Shown piece by piece: positions 36,623 to 45,457 of a DNA stretch of 64,000 bases. Each line of letters starts with the position of its first letter. Within the stretch, counting starts at the first letter, position 1. The notes under the pieces are model-generated. The model did no database searches. It had not been told where the DNA came from and worked only from the letters and a program-made list of their open reading frames with translations. This DNA is from an uncultured Solirubrobacterales bacterium (GTDB lineage: Bacteria; Actinomycetota; Thermoleophilia; Solirubrobacterales; JBBDJG01): contig CAVRTB010000006.1 of the NCBI GenBank assembly GCA_963724065.1, forward strand, positions 133,105-197,104, given 5' to 3'. The position numbers and the translations under genes were made by a program.

Positions 36623-36655
36623 GTCGATTTACTACCTCCTGGGTTGTCAATCGAC
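36623..36655. repeat. REP-like palindromic element, copy C
   Basis: GTCGATTTACTACC-TCCTG-GGTTGTCAATCGAC, the same family as 9723..9755 (shared CGTCGATT....ACCTCCTGGGT....AA.CGAC). Confidence 0.6.
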
Positions 36656-36676
36656 ACCGGCGGCGCTCCAGAACGA

Positions 36677-36704
36677 CCTCGGCCCGCCGGTGGGCGGGCC
36701 GAGG
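36677..36704 (-). terminator. stem-loop downstream of protease P2
   Basis: Perfect 12-bp GC stem CCTCGGCCCGCC / GGCGGGCCGAGG with a 4-nt loop, 29 nt after the P2 stop. No clear U-tract. Confidence 0.5.
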
Positions 36705-36732
36705 CCTTGGGGGGGGAGGGGGCTTTCGCGGG

Positions 36733-38358
36733 CTACTTGGTCCAGCTGGTCGACCACCGGCTGCGGCTCCAGCGGGAGCGGGCCGGGTCGATGCTGCCGC
36801 TCGTGGTCTTCGAGCAGTCGCAGCTCCAACGCGAGCGGGCCCAGGTGGCGCCCATCGTGCTCGGAGCGGTGCTCCAGCGGGAGCGGCTCCAGCGCGAGCG
36901 GGTGTAGTCGATCGCACCCGTCGCCGGGTCGACCACGGTGTTCGGCGCGATGCCGGCGTTGGGGTTGCTGCCGGCGGTCGCGTTCACGGCCGGGATTGCG
37001 AACGCCTCCCTGCCGGCGCCGACGTTGCGCGCCGTGTCGATCAGGATGCCCTTCACCTGGTCGGGGGTCAGGCCGGGACGCTCCTCGAGCATGTTCGCGA
37101 CGAGGCCCGCGACCATCGGCGCCGACATCGAGGTGCCGCCCGCGCGGATGTACTGGCCGCTGACGATGCAGCTCGGGCACATCGAGGCGAAGGAGCTCTT
37201 GGGCGAGAGCGCCGAGACGATGTGCGCGCCCGGTGCGACGATCTCCGGCTTGGAGAAGCCGTCCTGCGTGCTGCCCCGGCTCGACCAGTCGGCGAGCAGG
37301 TCGTCGTCCGGCGACTTCGTGGCGCGGTCGTCGACCGCCCCGACCGAGATCACGAACGGGTCGTTGCCGGGCGCGTAACTGACCGCGTCGGAGTCGCTCC
37401 CGCGGTTGCCCGCGGCGGCTACCACGACGATGCCGCTGAACCATGCCGCCTCGACCGCGGCGTCGAGCGGGTCCGTCTTGTAGGACTCGGCGACGCTCGA
37501 CTCGAGCGACAGGTTGACGACGCGGATGTTGTAGTCGGACTTGAAGTCGATCGCGAACTGGAGGCCGTAGATCGCGTCCAGGATCGTCGCCTCACCCTTC
37601 TCGTCCGAGGCCTTGATCGAGATCAGGTTCGCGTCGGGCGCGACGCCGATGTAGTCGCCTCGCAGCGAGTCCGAGGACGAGCGGTTGTTGCCGTTGCCGG
37701 CGATGATGCCCGCCACGTGCGTGCCGTGGCCATAGGTGTCATTCGCGGTCGTCGCGTACGGGTTGGTGACCGCGGACGCGATCACGCGGGAGGCGGTACC
37801 CGACTGCGAGACCTTGAAGTCGGCCAGGTTGCCGGCGATGCCGGTGTCGATCACCGCGACGCCGACGCCCTTGCCGGTTGCCGGGTCGTCCCACACCTTG
37901 TCGGACCTGAGCGACGCGTTGTACGAGGTCACGAGCTGGCTCGCGTCGATCGACTGTGGCTTGGCTGACGCGTTCATGGAAACCGCGTGGACGCCCTCGA
38001 GGCCTGCGAGTCGCTCCGCCTCGGCGGCCGTCATGCTCGCGGCGAGGCCGTTGATCACGTGCAGATCACCGGTCACCCGTCCGCCGGACTGGCGCACGAG
38101 CGCGCGAGCCGCGGACGGCTCGATCCCGTTGTCGAACTGGACGATCGCCTCGACCGATGCGCCGGGGCGCTTCGCGGCGAGTTCGATGAGCGCGGGGCTT
38201 GCCCCACCCGGCGTCGCGGCGGTGCCGCTCTGCGAGACGGCGGGAGAGCCGATGCTCGCAAGCGCGAGGGACAGGGACACTGCGGCGGTGAGCAGGGCGG
38301 CCGAGCACATGGCCCAGAAGCCCCAGCGGATGCGCAGCGGGGGGGCAGAGTAGGTCAC
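36733..38358 (-). CDS. subtilisin-like S8 protease P2 (signal peptide, I9 propeptide, catalytic domain, (RSRWS)n tail)
   Basis: ORF 36733..38463. The likely start is GTG 38358 (GGAGG 11 nt upstream, the same arrangement as in P1), giving VTYSAPPLRIRWGFWAMCSAALLTAAVSLSLALA. VAVIDTGI, HGTHVAGI, GTSMSAP. Confidence 0.85.
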   Translation of the reverse strand: MTYSAPPLRIRWGFWAMCSAALLTAAVSLSLALASIGSPAVSQSGTAATPGGASPALIELAAKRPGASVEAIVQFDNGIEPSAARALVRQSGGRVTGDLHVINGLAASMTAAEAERLAGLEGVHAVSMNASAKPQSIDASQLVTSYNASLRSDKVWDDPATGKGVGVAVIDTGIAGNLADFKVSQSGTASRVIASAVTNPYATTANDTYGHGTHVAGIIAGNGNNRSSSDSLRGDYIGVAPDANLISIKASDEKGEATILDAIYGLQFAIDFKSDYNIRVVNLSLESSVAESYKTDPLDAAVEAAWFSGIVVVAAAGNRGSDSDAVSYAPGNDPFVISVGAVDDRATKSPDDDLLADWSSRGSTQDGFSKPEIVAPGAHIVSALSPKSSFASMCPSCIVSGQYIRAGGTSMSAPMVAGLVANMLEERPGLTPDQVKGILIDTARNVGAGREAFAIPAVNATAGSNPNAGIAPNTVVDPATGAIDYTRSRWSRSRWSTAPSTMGATWARSRWSCDCSKTTSGSIDPARSRWSRSRWSTSWTK

Positions 38359-38593
38359 GACGGGATCAACCTCCGTGTCGATCTCGGGGGGCGGGGGGCG
38401 GAAAGCAGATGGCCCGTCCTGACCTGGCAGCGTCCTTGCTGCGTCGTCGGCGGGGGGCCGCAATCCAACATCGGGGAAGCGCGCGGCCCCGGCAACTCTT
38501 TGTGGCGCTTTTGGACCTTTGTACTAAGGTCGCGGCCCCAATCGACGCGCTTGCGCGTTTAGTCCCGCCGCGAGGCGGGCATCACGGCGTCCC

Positions 38594-41209
38594 TCAGTGA
38601 GGCGACGCGACGTGGAACAGCCTGCGCGCCTTCGGCGCCTCGTCGCGCGCGAGCGGCTCCGCGAGGTAGAAGCCCTGCCCGAGCTCGCAGTCGAGGTCGC
38701 GCAGGGCCTCCAGCTCCTCCGCGGACTCGATTCCCTCCGCGACGACGTGCAGGTCGAGGGCGCGCGCGAGGTCGATGATCATGCGCGCGAAGGAGGTTTC
38801 CTGGCTCCCGCGCGTCATGCCCTCCACGAACGGCTTGGCGATCTTCAAGATGTCGAGCGGGAGCAAGCGCAGGTAGCTGAGCGACGAGTACCCCGTGCCG
38901 AAGTCGTCGAGCGCGAGGCCTATGCCCAGCGCCCGTAGCGCGGTGAGCGCGGTCAGGCTGGAGTCGGCGTCCTGCACGACGCTCTCGGTGATCTCCAGCA
39001 CCAGCAGCTCGGCGTCGAGCCCGGTCCGCTCGAGCGCCATCGCGACGGTGTCGGGGAGGGTCGGATCGCGCAACTCGACCGCGGAGAGGTTGACGTGCAC
39101 GCTGATGCCCCGGCCCGTTCGCGACACACCCTGCCAGAGCTGGGCGCTGCGGCAGGCCTCCTCGAGGACGAACTGGCCGAGCGCGATGATCATTCCGGTC
39201 TCCTCCGCGAGCGGCACGAACTCGGACGGCAGGAGGCGTCCGCGGCCGGGGTGGTTCCAGCGGACGAGGGCCTCGGCCGCGGTCACCTCGCCGCTGTGCA
39301 ACGACACGATCGGCTGGTACTCGACGATCAGCTGGCCACGCTCGACGGCGCGCTGGAGCTCCTCCTTCAGGCCGTGGCGCTTGAGCACCGCGTCCCGCAT
39401 GCCGGGGTCGAACATGGCATGACGACCCTTGCCGGACCCCTTGGCGCGGTACATCGCGAGGTCGGCGTTGCGGATCAGCTCATCCGCGTCGTGGCTGTCG
39501 TGCGTGGTCGCGATCCCGATCGACAGGTGCACGAAGATGATCTCGCCGGCGGCGCTGACGGGGTGCTCGAACGTCTTCATGATGCGCTCTGCGAGCATCG
39601 TGGCGCTCTCGTCGACCGAGCGCTCGCGCGCGACCATCACGGCAAACTCGTCCCCGCCGAGGCGCGCGATCGCGTCGTCCGGGCGCACCGAGTCGCGCAG
39701 TCGCTGCGCTACCGCGGACAGCAGCTCGTCACCCGCGCCGTGCCCGAACGAGTCGTTGAAGGTCTTGAAGTCGTCGAGGTCGACGAACAGCACCGCGACC
39801 TCCTGGCCGCCCTTGTCGAGCGCTCCCTTCACCTGCTTGATGAACAGGCTCCGGTTCCCGAGCTCCGTGAGCGGGTCGTGGAAGGCCTGGTGATGCAGTT
39901 GCTCCTGGAGCTCGCGGAGCTGGTGCACGGCCTGCTCCAGCCGGTCGTATTGGAGCGCGACGCTCGCATTGTTGGCGAGCGTCTCGAATAGCTTCAGGTC
40001 CTCGTTGGTGAACGACCGGATCACGCCGTAGCGGTTGGCCAGCATGATCGTCCCGATCACGCGGTCCTCGCCCGGCAGCATCGCGACCATCGCGTCGGTC
40101 ACCAGGCGGCCGTCGAGGTAGCGCCGCAGCCGCTCGGAGCCGAACGGCCGCGCGATGTGCAGCGCCGGGGCGCCGGCGCTCACGAGCGCGCGCAGCTCGG
40201 CGGCGACGCCCTCGTCCATCGGCTCCATCACCTCCTTGTACTCGCCGGGACCGAGCGTCGTGCGCAACGGCGGGTTGCCGTCGGAGCCGAACAGGACGAT
40301 CTCGGCCATCTCGGCCCGGAACGACTCGAGCGAGCGCTCCAGCAGGCCCTCGAGGGCGAGCACCATCTCGGGCGAGCGCGACAGCGTCCGCGTCGCCTCG
40401 TAGAGGAACTCGAGGCGCTCGTGGCGCTGGCGCTCCATGAGATATGCGCGGTAGGCGAGGAACACTACGAGTGCCGGGACCACGAGCAGCGGCGTGGCCC
40501 GCGCGTCGCTCGAGACGACGATCGCCCCGGACAGGGCGAGGCACGTGTTGGTGGCCGTCACGACGAAGTCCATTGTCAGCATCTGGGCGATCGTCCCGAG
40601 CTTCAGGCCCCCCTCGGAGAGGGTGATCGCGAGTCCGATCAGCAGGACCGTGATCACGGCGCTCGCCTGGGTGGCGAGCAGGACGGCCGCCCAGGTGGCC
40701 GGCTCGAGCCCGGCCGCCGCCGGCGCGACGATGTGCACGACCAACGTCGCGAGCGACGCGGCGAACGCGAACTGCGAGAGGTTGAATGCGAGCTTCACGG
40801 GCGCGAGGCGCCGCTCGATCACGAGCGTCGCGGCGCTGCCGATCAGCGCGCCCGCCACGACGTCGCCCCCGGTGGCGAACAGCAGGCCGAACACGAGCGG
40901 GACGTCCCCGAGCGTGAACGAGTGCGCGCTGCGCCGGAACTGCAGGTGGACGACGCAGCTCTCCGCGACGAGGAAGGCGAGCGCGAGGCCCCACCACGGG
41001 AGATGGGGGTCGAGTAGCGCCGGCAGATCGCGCACGATCGTGACGTACAGCGTCGCGGCGGCCGCGGCGACGGCGAGGTTGAGCGCCCACACCGGGCTCA
41101 CGCGCGCGAGGCCGCGGCCTCGCGGCGGCGCGACCGGGTCTGCGGGGGAGTCGGCGGGCGCGTCGGGCGGCGGCCCGGGACCGCCGCGAAATGAGAGCGC
41201 TGGCGACAT
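38594..41209 (-). CDS. membrane-bound GAF-GGDEF-EAL cyclic-di-GMP turnover protein
   Basis: An N-terminal domain with ~8 TM helices. GAF-like region. GGDEF (RLGGDEFAVMV). EAL (EALVRWNHPGRG..DDFGTGYSSL). Confidence 0.9.
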   Translation of the reverse strand: MSPALSFRGGPGPPPDAPADSPADPVAPPRGRGLARVSPVWALNLAVAAAAATLYVTIVRDLPALLDPHLPWWGLALAFLVAESCVVHLQFRRSAHSFTLGDVPLVFGLLFATGGDVVAGALIGSAATLVIERRLAPVKLAFNLSQFAFAASLATLVVHIVAPAAAGLEPATWAAVLLATQASAVITVLLIGLAITLSEGGLKLGTIAQMLTMDFVVTATNTCLALSGAIVVSSDARATPLLVVPALVVFLAYRAYLMERQRHERLEFLYEATRTLSRSPEMVLALEGLLERSLESFRAEMAEIVLFGSDGNPPLRTTLGPGEYKEVMEPMDEGVAAELRALVSAGAPALHIARPFGSERLRRYLDGRLVTDAMVAMLPGEDRVIGTIMLANRYGVIRSFTNEDLKLFETLANNASVALQYDRLEQAVHQLRELQEQLHHQAFHDPLTELGNRSLFIKQVKGALDKGGQEVAVLFVDLDDFKTFNDSFGHGAGDELLSAVAQRLRDSVRPDDAIARLGGDEFAVMVARERSVDESATMLAERIMKTFEHPVSAAGEIIFVHLSIGIATTHDSHDADELIRNADLAMYRAKGSGKGRHAMFDPGMRDAVLKRHGLKEELQRAVERGQLIVEYQPIVSLHSGEVTAAEALVRWNHPGRGRLLPSEFVPLAEETGMIIALGQFVLEEACRSAQLWQGVSRTGRGISVHVNLSAVELRDPTLPDTVAMALERTGLDAELLVLEITESVVQDADSSLTALTALRALGIGLALDDFGTGYSSLSYLRLLPLDILKIAKPFVEGMTRGSQETSFARMIIDLARALDLHVVAEGIESAEELEALRDLDCELGQGFYLAEPLARDEAPKARRLFHVASPH

Positions 41210-41317
41210 GAGTTTGGAGGTGGATCGGCCGCGGGGCGCCGACCCTTGACCGATCGCGCCCCATGCACGTCACATAGCATTGGCGCGGCGACGCAAACTC
41301 ACGGACAAGGAGTCGAG

Positions 41318-41518
41318 ATGGCGAGCGTGATCAAGTTCCTCGGCGACAGCGATCTGATGCTGCGCGTGCGGGAGGACGTCGGCGCCGTGCGCGATGCCCA
41401 TGCCTCGAGCGGCGGGGCGGCGCCCTTTCAGCTCACCTTCGAGGCGAACGGCGCCCCCGTCTATGTGAACCCCGCCGCGGTCGCCTACTGGTTCTCGGTC
41501 GGCTCGCACGAGGAGTGA
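41318..41518 (+). CDS. small hypothetical protein (66 aa)
   Basis: AAGGAG RBS 6 nt upstream of the ATG at 41318. The stop overlaps the start of the next gene (GTGA). Confidence 0.5.
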   Translation: MASVIKFLGDSDLMLRVREDVGAVRDAHASSGGAAPFQLTFEANGAPVYVNPAAVAYWFSVGSHEE

Positions 41519-42540
41519 CGGCGATGCAAGCCCTCACCTGGACGGGCGACGGCCTCGAGCGGCGGGCGGTCGAGGCCGCCTCGGTCGAGGGTGACGGTGA
41601 GGCGCTGGTCCGCCCGGTCGCCGTTGCAACGTGCGACCTCGACGCGTTGATCGTCGCGGGGGACACGCCCTTCCCCGCGCCGATCGCGCTCGGTCACGAA
41701 TGCGTGGCGGAGGTGGTCGAGGCTGGGGATGCCGTCCGGTCGGTCGAGCCGGGGACGCTCGTTTCGGTTCCCTTCCAGGTCTCGTGCGGCAAGTGCGACC
41801 GCTGCCGCGCCGAGCGCACCGCCAACTGCAGTGCGGTCCCGCCCTTCTCGATGTACGGGTTCGGGCAGACGGGGTCCGACTGGGGCGGCTTCCTGTCCGA
41901 CTCGGTGCGCGTCCCGTTCGCAGACCACATGCTCGTGCCGCTCCCGGCCGGCGTCGACCCGCTTGCAGTCGCGAGCGCTTCGGACAACATCCCGGACGGG
42001 TGGCGCGCGGTCGGCCCGCAACTCGAGCGCGACCCCGGCTCCGCGGTGCTCGTGGTGGGCGGCGCGGGCCCAGGATCGATCGGGCTCTACGCGGCGGCGA
42101 TCGCAGTCGCCCTCGGGTCCGAGCGCGTCGTGTACGTCGATGCGGACGAAGGCAGGCGCACGACCGCCGAGGCCTTCGGCGCGCAGGCGCGCGACCGCGA
42201 CGGCGAGCGGCCGGGGCGGTTCCTCGTGACGGTCGACGCGAGCGGGGATCCCGAAGGGCTCGCGCTCGCGCTCTCGTGCACCGACTTCGACGGGACCTGC
42301 ACGAGCACCGCGATGTATTTCGGGGAGCAGCCACCGATGCCGCTCCTCGAGATGTACATGCGCAACACGACGTTCGTGACCGGCCGCGTGCACGCCCGTG
42401 CGGCGATCCCGAAGGTGCTCGGACTCGCCGCGCGCGGGCGTTTCCACCCCGAGCAGGTCACGAGCAAGGTTGTCCCGTGGGACGACGCCGCGGACGCCCT
42501 GCTCGAGCGCGACTGGGTGAAGCTCGTGTTCGAGCGGTAG
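41515..42540 (+). CDS. zinc-dependent alcohol dehydrogenase (MDR) family oxidoreductase
   Basis: GHECVAEVVEAG. Structural zinc cluster CGKCDRCRAERTANC. GGAGPGSIGL Rossmann motif. The TAG stop abuts the MITE copy. Confidence 0.85.
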   Translation: MTAMQALTWTGDGLERRAVEAASVEGDGEALVRPVAVATCDLDALIVAGDTPFPAPIALGHECVAEVVEAGDAVRSVEPGTLVSVPFQVSCGKCDRCRAERTANCSAVPPFSMYGFGQTGSDWGGFLSDSVRVPFADHMLVPLPAGVDPLAVASASDNIPDGWRAVGPQLERDPGSAVLVVGGAGPGSIGLYAAAIAVALGSERVVYVDADEGRRTTAEAFGAQARDRDGERPGRFLVTVDASGDPEGLALALSCTDFDGTCTSTAMYFGEQPPMPLLEMYMRNTTFVTGRVHARAAIPKVLGLAARGRFHPEQVTSKVVPWDDAADALLERDWVKLVFER

Positions 42541-42994
42541 CTGTAGCTCCCAACCACATCGGTCAGGCCGCGGAATGCGCCTCGCGGGCGCAAGCTCGGG
42601 CGTGGAAAACCGGGTGGGTAAGGGAAGACGGATCGTCGGCGTCTGCGACCGCGCTGAGCGGCGCAGTGTCACGAGACTTCAGCGAAAGGTCGCGGTCACG
42701 GGCGAAAGCCCTCCGGGTCGCGCATCGGCCGCCGAACTTTCCCTCCCGCCATGCGTGAAAGTGGACGCCAGGAGGGAAAGTTCGTCGACCGGCGCCTGCC
42801 GATCGACGCACCTCATGCGAATCACGCGCAGACGGCTCTTTCACGAGCGACGCGTGCGCTTTGCGTCGCAAACGACGCGTCGCGCGAGTCCTTGCTCGTC
42901 CCGGGTCCTGCCCTTCTACCCAACCCGGTTTTCGAACCCGCCGCCAGCGCCACGCCCGCAACAGGAACAACGTGGCGTGGGAACTACGGCTGTC
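42540..42994 (-). mobile_element. MITE-like non-autonomous element, long copy (455 bp), inverted relative to 22198..22526
   Basis: TA-flanked. Both arms carry GTAG(T/C)TCCCA..CCAC at the tip and GAAAACCGGGTGGGTAAGGG about 60 nt in, forming an imperfect ~80-bp terminal inverted repeat. The internal core is near-identical to the short copy. Confidence 0.8.
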
Positions 42995-43233
42995 TAGTCC
43001 AGCTTGTTGCGCGTCTTGCGACCGGCGGAGCCGCTCTTGCGGACCGCCTTGCGCGAAGTGCCGAAGGGCTTCTGGAACCAGCGGCCGAGTGGTCCGGGTG
43101 CCTTGCCGGCGGCGCGCTGGCCGACTCCCAGTGGTGCGTCGCCGCCGCGTTCGAGATGCCTCGAGAGGCGCGGGGCGAGGATCGCCACAAGGAAGAGCAA
43201 TACGCAGAAGACAATGATTCCGGCAATCAGCAT
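42994..43233 (-). CDS. small membrane protein (79 aa) with basic tail
   Basis: MLIAGIIVFCVLLFLVAILAP is a TM helix, followed by a Lys/Arg/Gly-rich tail. The TAG stop abuts the MITE end. Confidence 0.5.
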   Translation of the reverse strand: MLIAGIIVFCVLLFLVAILAPRLSRHLERGGDAPLGVGQRAAGKAPGPLGRWFQKPFGTSRKAVRKSGSAGRKTRNKLD

Positions 43234-43272
43234 CGTGCCGGTTCCCTACCCGCGGACCTTGCCGCCAAACCC

Positions 43273-43983
43273 TCAGGCGTCAGGCTCGAGCGCCACGATG
43301 CTCAGCGTGTAGCGCTCGCGGGCCGGCACCGTGCCGACCACGGACCGCGCGCGCGTCTCGCTGTCGAACGTGCGACGCAGCAACAGGCCGTCCTTGCGTC
43401 GCAGCCACGAGTCGAGCACGTAGGCACCCTGCACGCGGCCGCTCAAGGCGGTGCGCACACGTAGGTGCACGGCCTCGACGGTCGTGCCGGCCGCCCTCAC
43501 CGGGCCGACGGACACGACCTCCCCACGAGCGACCGCGGCCGTCGCGCGGGCGCGGCAGCGGTCCGTCCACCGGAAGCCCTCGGCGATCCGGGCCGGGCGC
43601 GGCACCCGGCGGCCCGAGCAGCGATACGAGTACTCCTCCGCGCGCCCGAAGAACTCGTGGTGGTCGGTCACCGAGCGCAACTGCCATTGATCGCCTTCGA
43701 TGCAATACAGCCACTCCGTCCAGCGCTCGGGTGTGCCGTCCCAGCGCTCGTTCAGCTCGCACCCGCTGAGGTCGACCGCGATCGTGCTGCGCGGCCCGTA
43801 GCGATGGCGCCCCGGCAGCGGGCCCCCGATCTGCTCGAATCCCGTGGTCGCATAGGAGTAGGTGCCCGGCGGCTGCGTGCCGGAGGGTGCCGCCGGGGCC
43901 TCGTCGGATCCCGATCCGCCGCCGCACCCGGCAAGGGCAAGGGCAAGCGCGGTCGCGACCAGGATCAGGCGGGGCAGCGGCAT
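43273..43983 (-). CDS. lipoprotein of unknown function
   Basis: MPLPRLILVATALALALAGCGGGSGS (lipobox LAGC). Confidence 0.7.
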   Translation of the reverse strand: MPLPRLILVATALALALAGCGGGSGSDEAPAAPSGTQPPGTYSYATTGFEQIGGPLPGRHRYGPRSTIAVDLSGCELNERWDGTPERWTEWLYCIEGDQWQLRSVTDHHEFFGRAEEYSYRCSGRRVPRPARIAEGFRWTDRCRARATAAVARGEVVSVGPVRAAGTTVEAVHLRVRTALSGRVQGAYVLDSWLRRKDGLLLRRTFDSETRARSVVGTVPARERYTLSIVALEPDA

Positions 43984-44039
43984 GGGCGCGTCATTCTCCT
44001 GGTTCCGTCGGGTGTCAGAGCTACCTTGCTGTGTTCGAC

Positions 44040-45374
44040 ATGGAAGCTGTGAGAACTCTTCAACCAGTACGGAACGGGGACACGCTCGGCGCCGGTCCTG
44101 ACCGCGTCACCATCCACGGCGACGAGGTCCTGATCGAAAGCCTCTCGATCGAGGACGGCACCCTCGTGGAGCTGATCGAGCACCGGCGCGACCGCGAGAT
44201 CTCTCCCGAGGAGACGGTCTCGCATGCGCTGGAGATCGGCGCGCGCGTGCTCGACCGGGAGGCGACCGGCGCCGAGGTCGACGCGATCCGGCGCGAGCTG
44301 GAGCGGGCCTCGACCGAGGCCGAGCACGCTTTCACGGAGCGCGCGCGGTTGATCGGCGAGGGCCTCGAGAAGCAGTTCGAGCGCTTCGTCGGCGAGGACG
44401 GGGGCGTGATGTCCAAGGTGCTCGACGCACACGGCGACGAGCTCGCCGAGCTGATCGCGCGCCACTTCGGCGGAGACCGCAACACGGCGGTGCAGCACCA
44501 GGTGAAGGAGATCGTCGCCAAGTCCCTCCAGGAGTCGCGTCACGACCTCCTGCGTCAGTTCTCCGCCCAGGACGGGCACAACCCGCTCGCCGACTTCAAG
44601 GACTCGATCGTGCGCGAGGTCAAACGCTCGGGTGACTCGCACGAGAAGCTGATCGAGAAGATCGCGCAGCTCGAGGGCGAGGTGAAGCTCCTTCACGGCG
44701 CGGCAGATGCCGAGGCCGAGCTGGCCGCCGAGCGCGACCGCGGCACCGGCAAGGGCCGCACGTTCGAGCAGCAGGCGTTCGAGCTGCTCGAGGAGATGGC
44801 CGCCGCGCGCGGCGACATTGCGCACCACGTCGGCGACGAGCGCTCTGCCAGCGGCGGCAAGAAGGGCGACATCGTGATCGAGCTGGACGCCGGGTCGGGG
44901 CCGCCGAAGGGCCGGATCGCGATCGACGCGAAGGACGAGAAGCTCTCCAAGAACCGCGCGTGGGAGACGCTCAACGCCGCACTCGGCGAGCGCGACGCGG
45001 GGTTCGCGATCCTGCTCGTCGCCTCCGACGAGAAGGTGCCTGCGGGTCGCCAGCAGCTCCAGGAGTACGAGGGCAACAAGATGATCGTGACCCTCGACAA
45101 GGAGACGCTCGACGCCCGTGCGCTCGAGCTCGCCTACCGCTATGCGCGGTGCCGCTGCCTGATGGCGGCCGAGCGCGACCTCGCGCTCGACGCCGTCGGC
45201 GTGCGGGACGCGGCCGACGAGGCGCTCTCGGCGTTGAAGGAGGCGCAGAAGATCCGCAACTGCCTGACGGGCGCGAGCAAGGGCGTCACGTCCGCGCGCG
45301 AGACGCTCGACCTGATGGTCGGCCGCGTCGAGACCCAGCTCGCGCGCGTCGAGACGCTGATCGACGCTGCCTGA
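44040..45374 (+). CDS. coiled-coil protein with C-terminal PD-(D/E)xK nuclease-like core (RmuC/DUF2130-like)
   Basis: ATG 44040 within track ORF 43887..45374. Long Glu/Arg/Leu-rich helical N-half. GKGRTFEQQAFELLEEMA..GDIVIELD..GRIAIDAKDEKLS resembles the RmuC-type nuclease motif. Confidence 0.6.
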   Translation: MEAVRTLQPVRNGDTLGAGPDRVTIHGDEVLIESLSIEDGTLVELIEHRRDREISPEETVSHALEIGARVLDREATGAEVDAIRRELERASTEAEHAFTERARLIGEGLEKQFERFVGEDGGVMSKVLDAHGDELAELIARHFGGDRNTAVQHQVKEIVAKSLQESRHDLLRQFSAQDGHNPLADFKDSIVREVKRSGDSHEKLIEKIAQLEGEVKLLHGAADAEAELAAERDRGTGKGRTFEQQAFELLEEMAAARGDIAHHVGDERSASGGKKGDIVIELDAGSGPPKGRIAIDAKDEKLSKNRAWETLNAALGERDAGFAILLVASDEKVPAGRQQLQEYEGNKMIVTLDKETLDARALELAYRYARCRCLMAAERDLALDAVGVRDAADEALSALKEAQKIRNCLTGASKGVTSARETLDLMVGRVETQLARVETLIDAA

Positions 45375-45457
45375 CGCGCCCTCGGCGCTCGCTCGCAGGG
45401 GGCGCGGGTGCTCGCTAGAGTAGGCGGGCTCTTGACCCTCGGAGGGAGGACCCGCAG

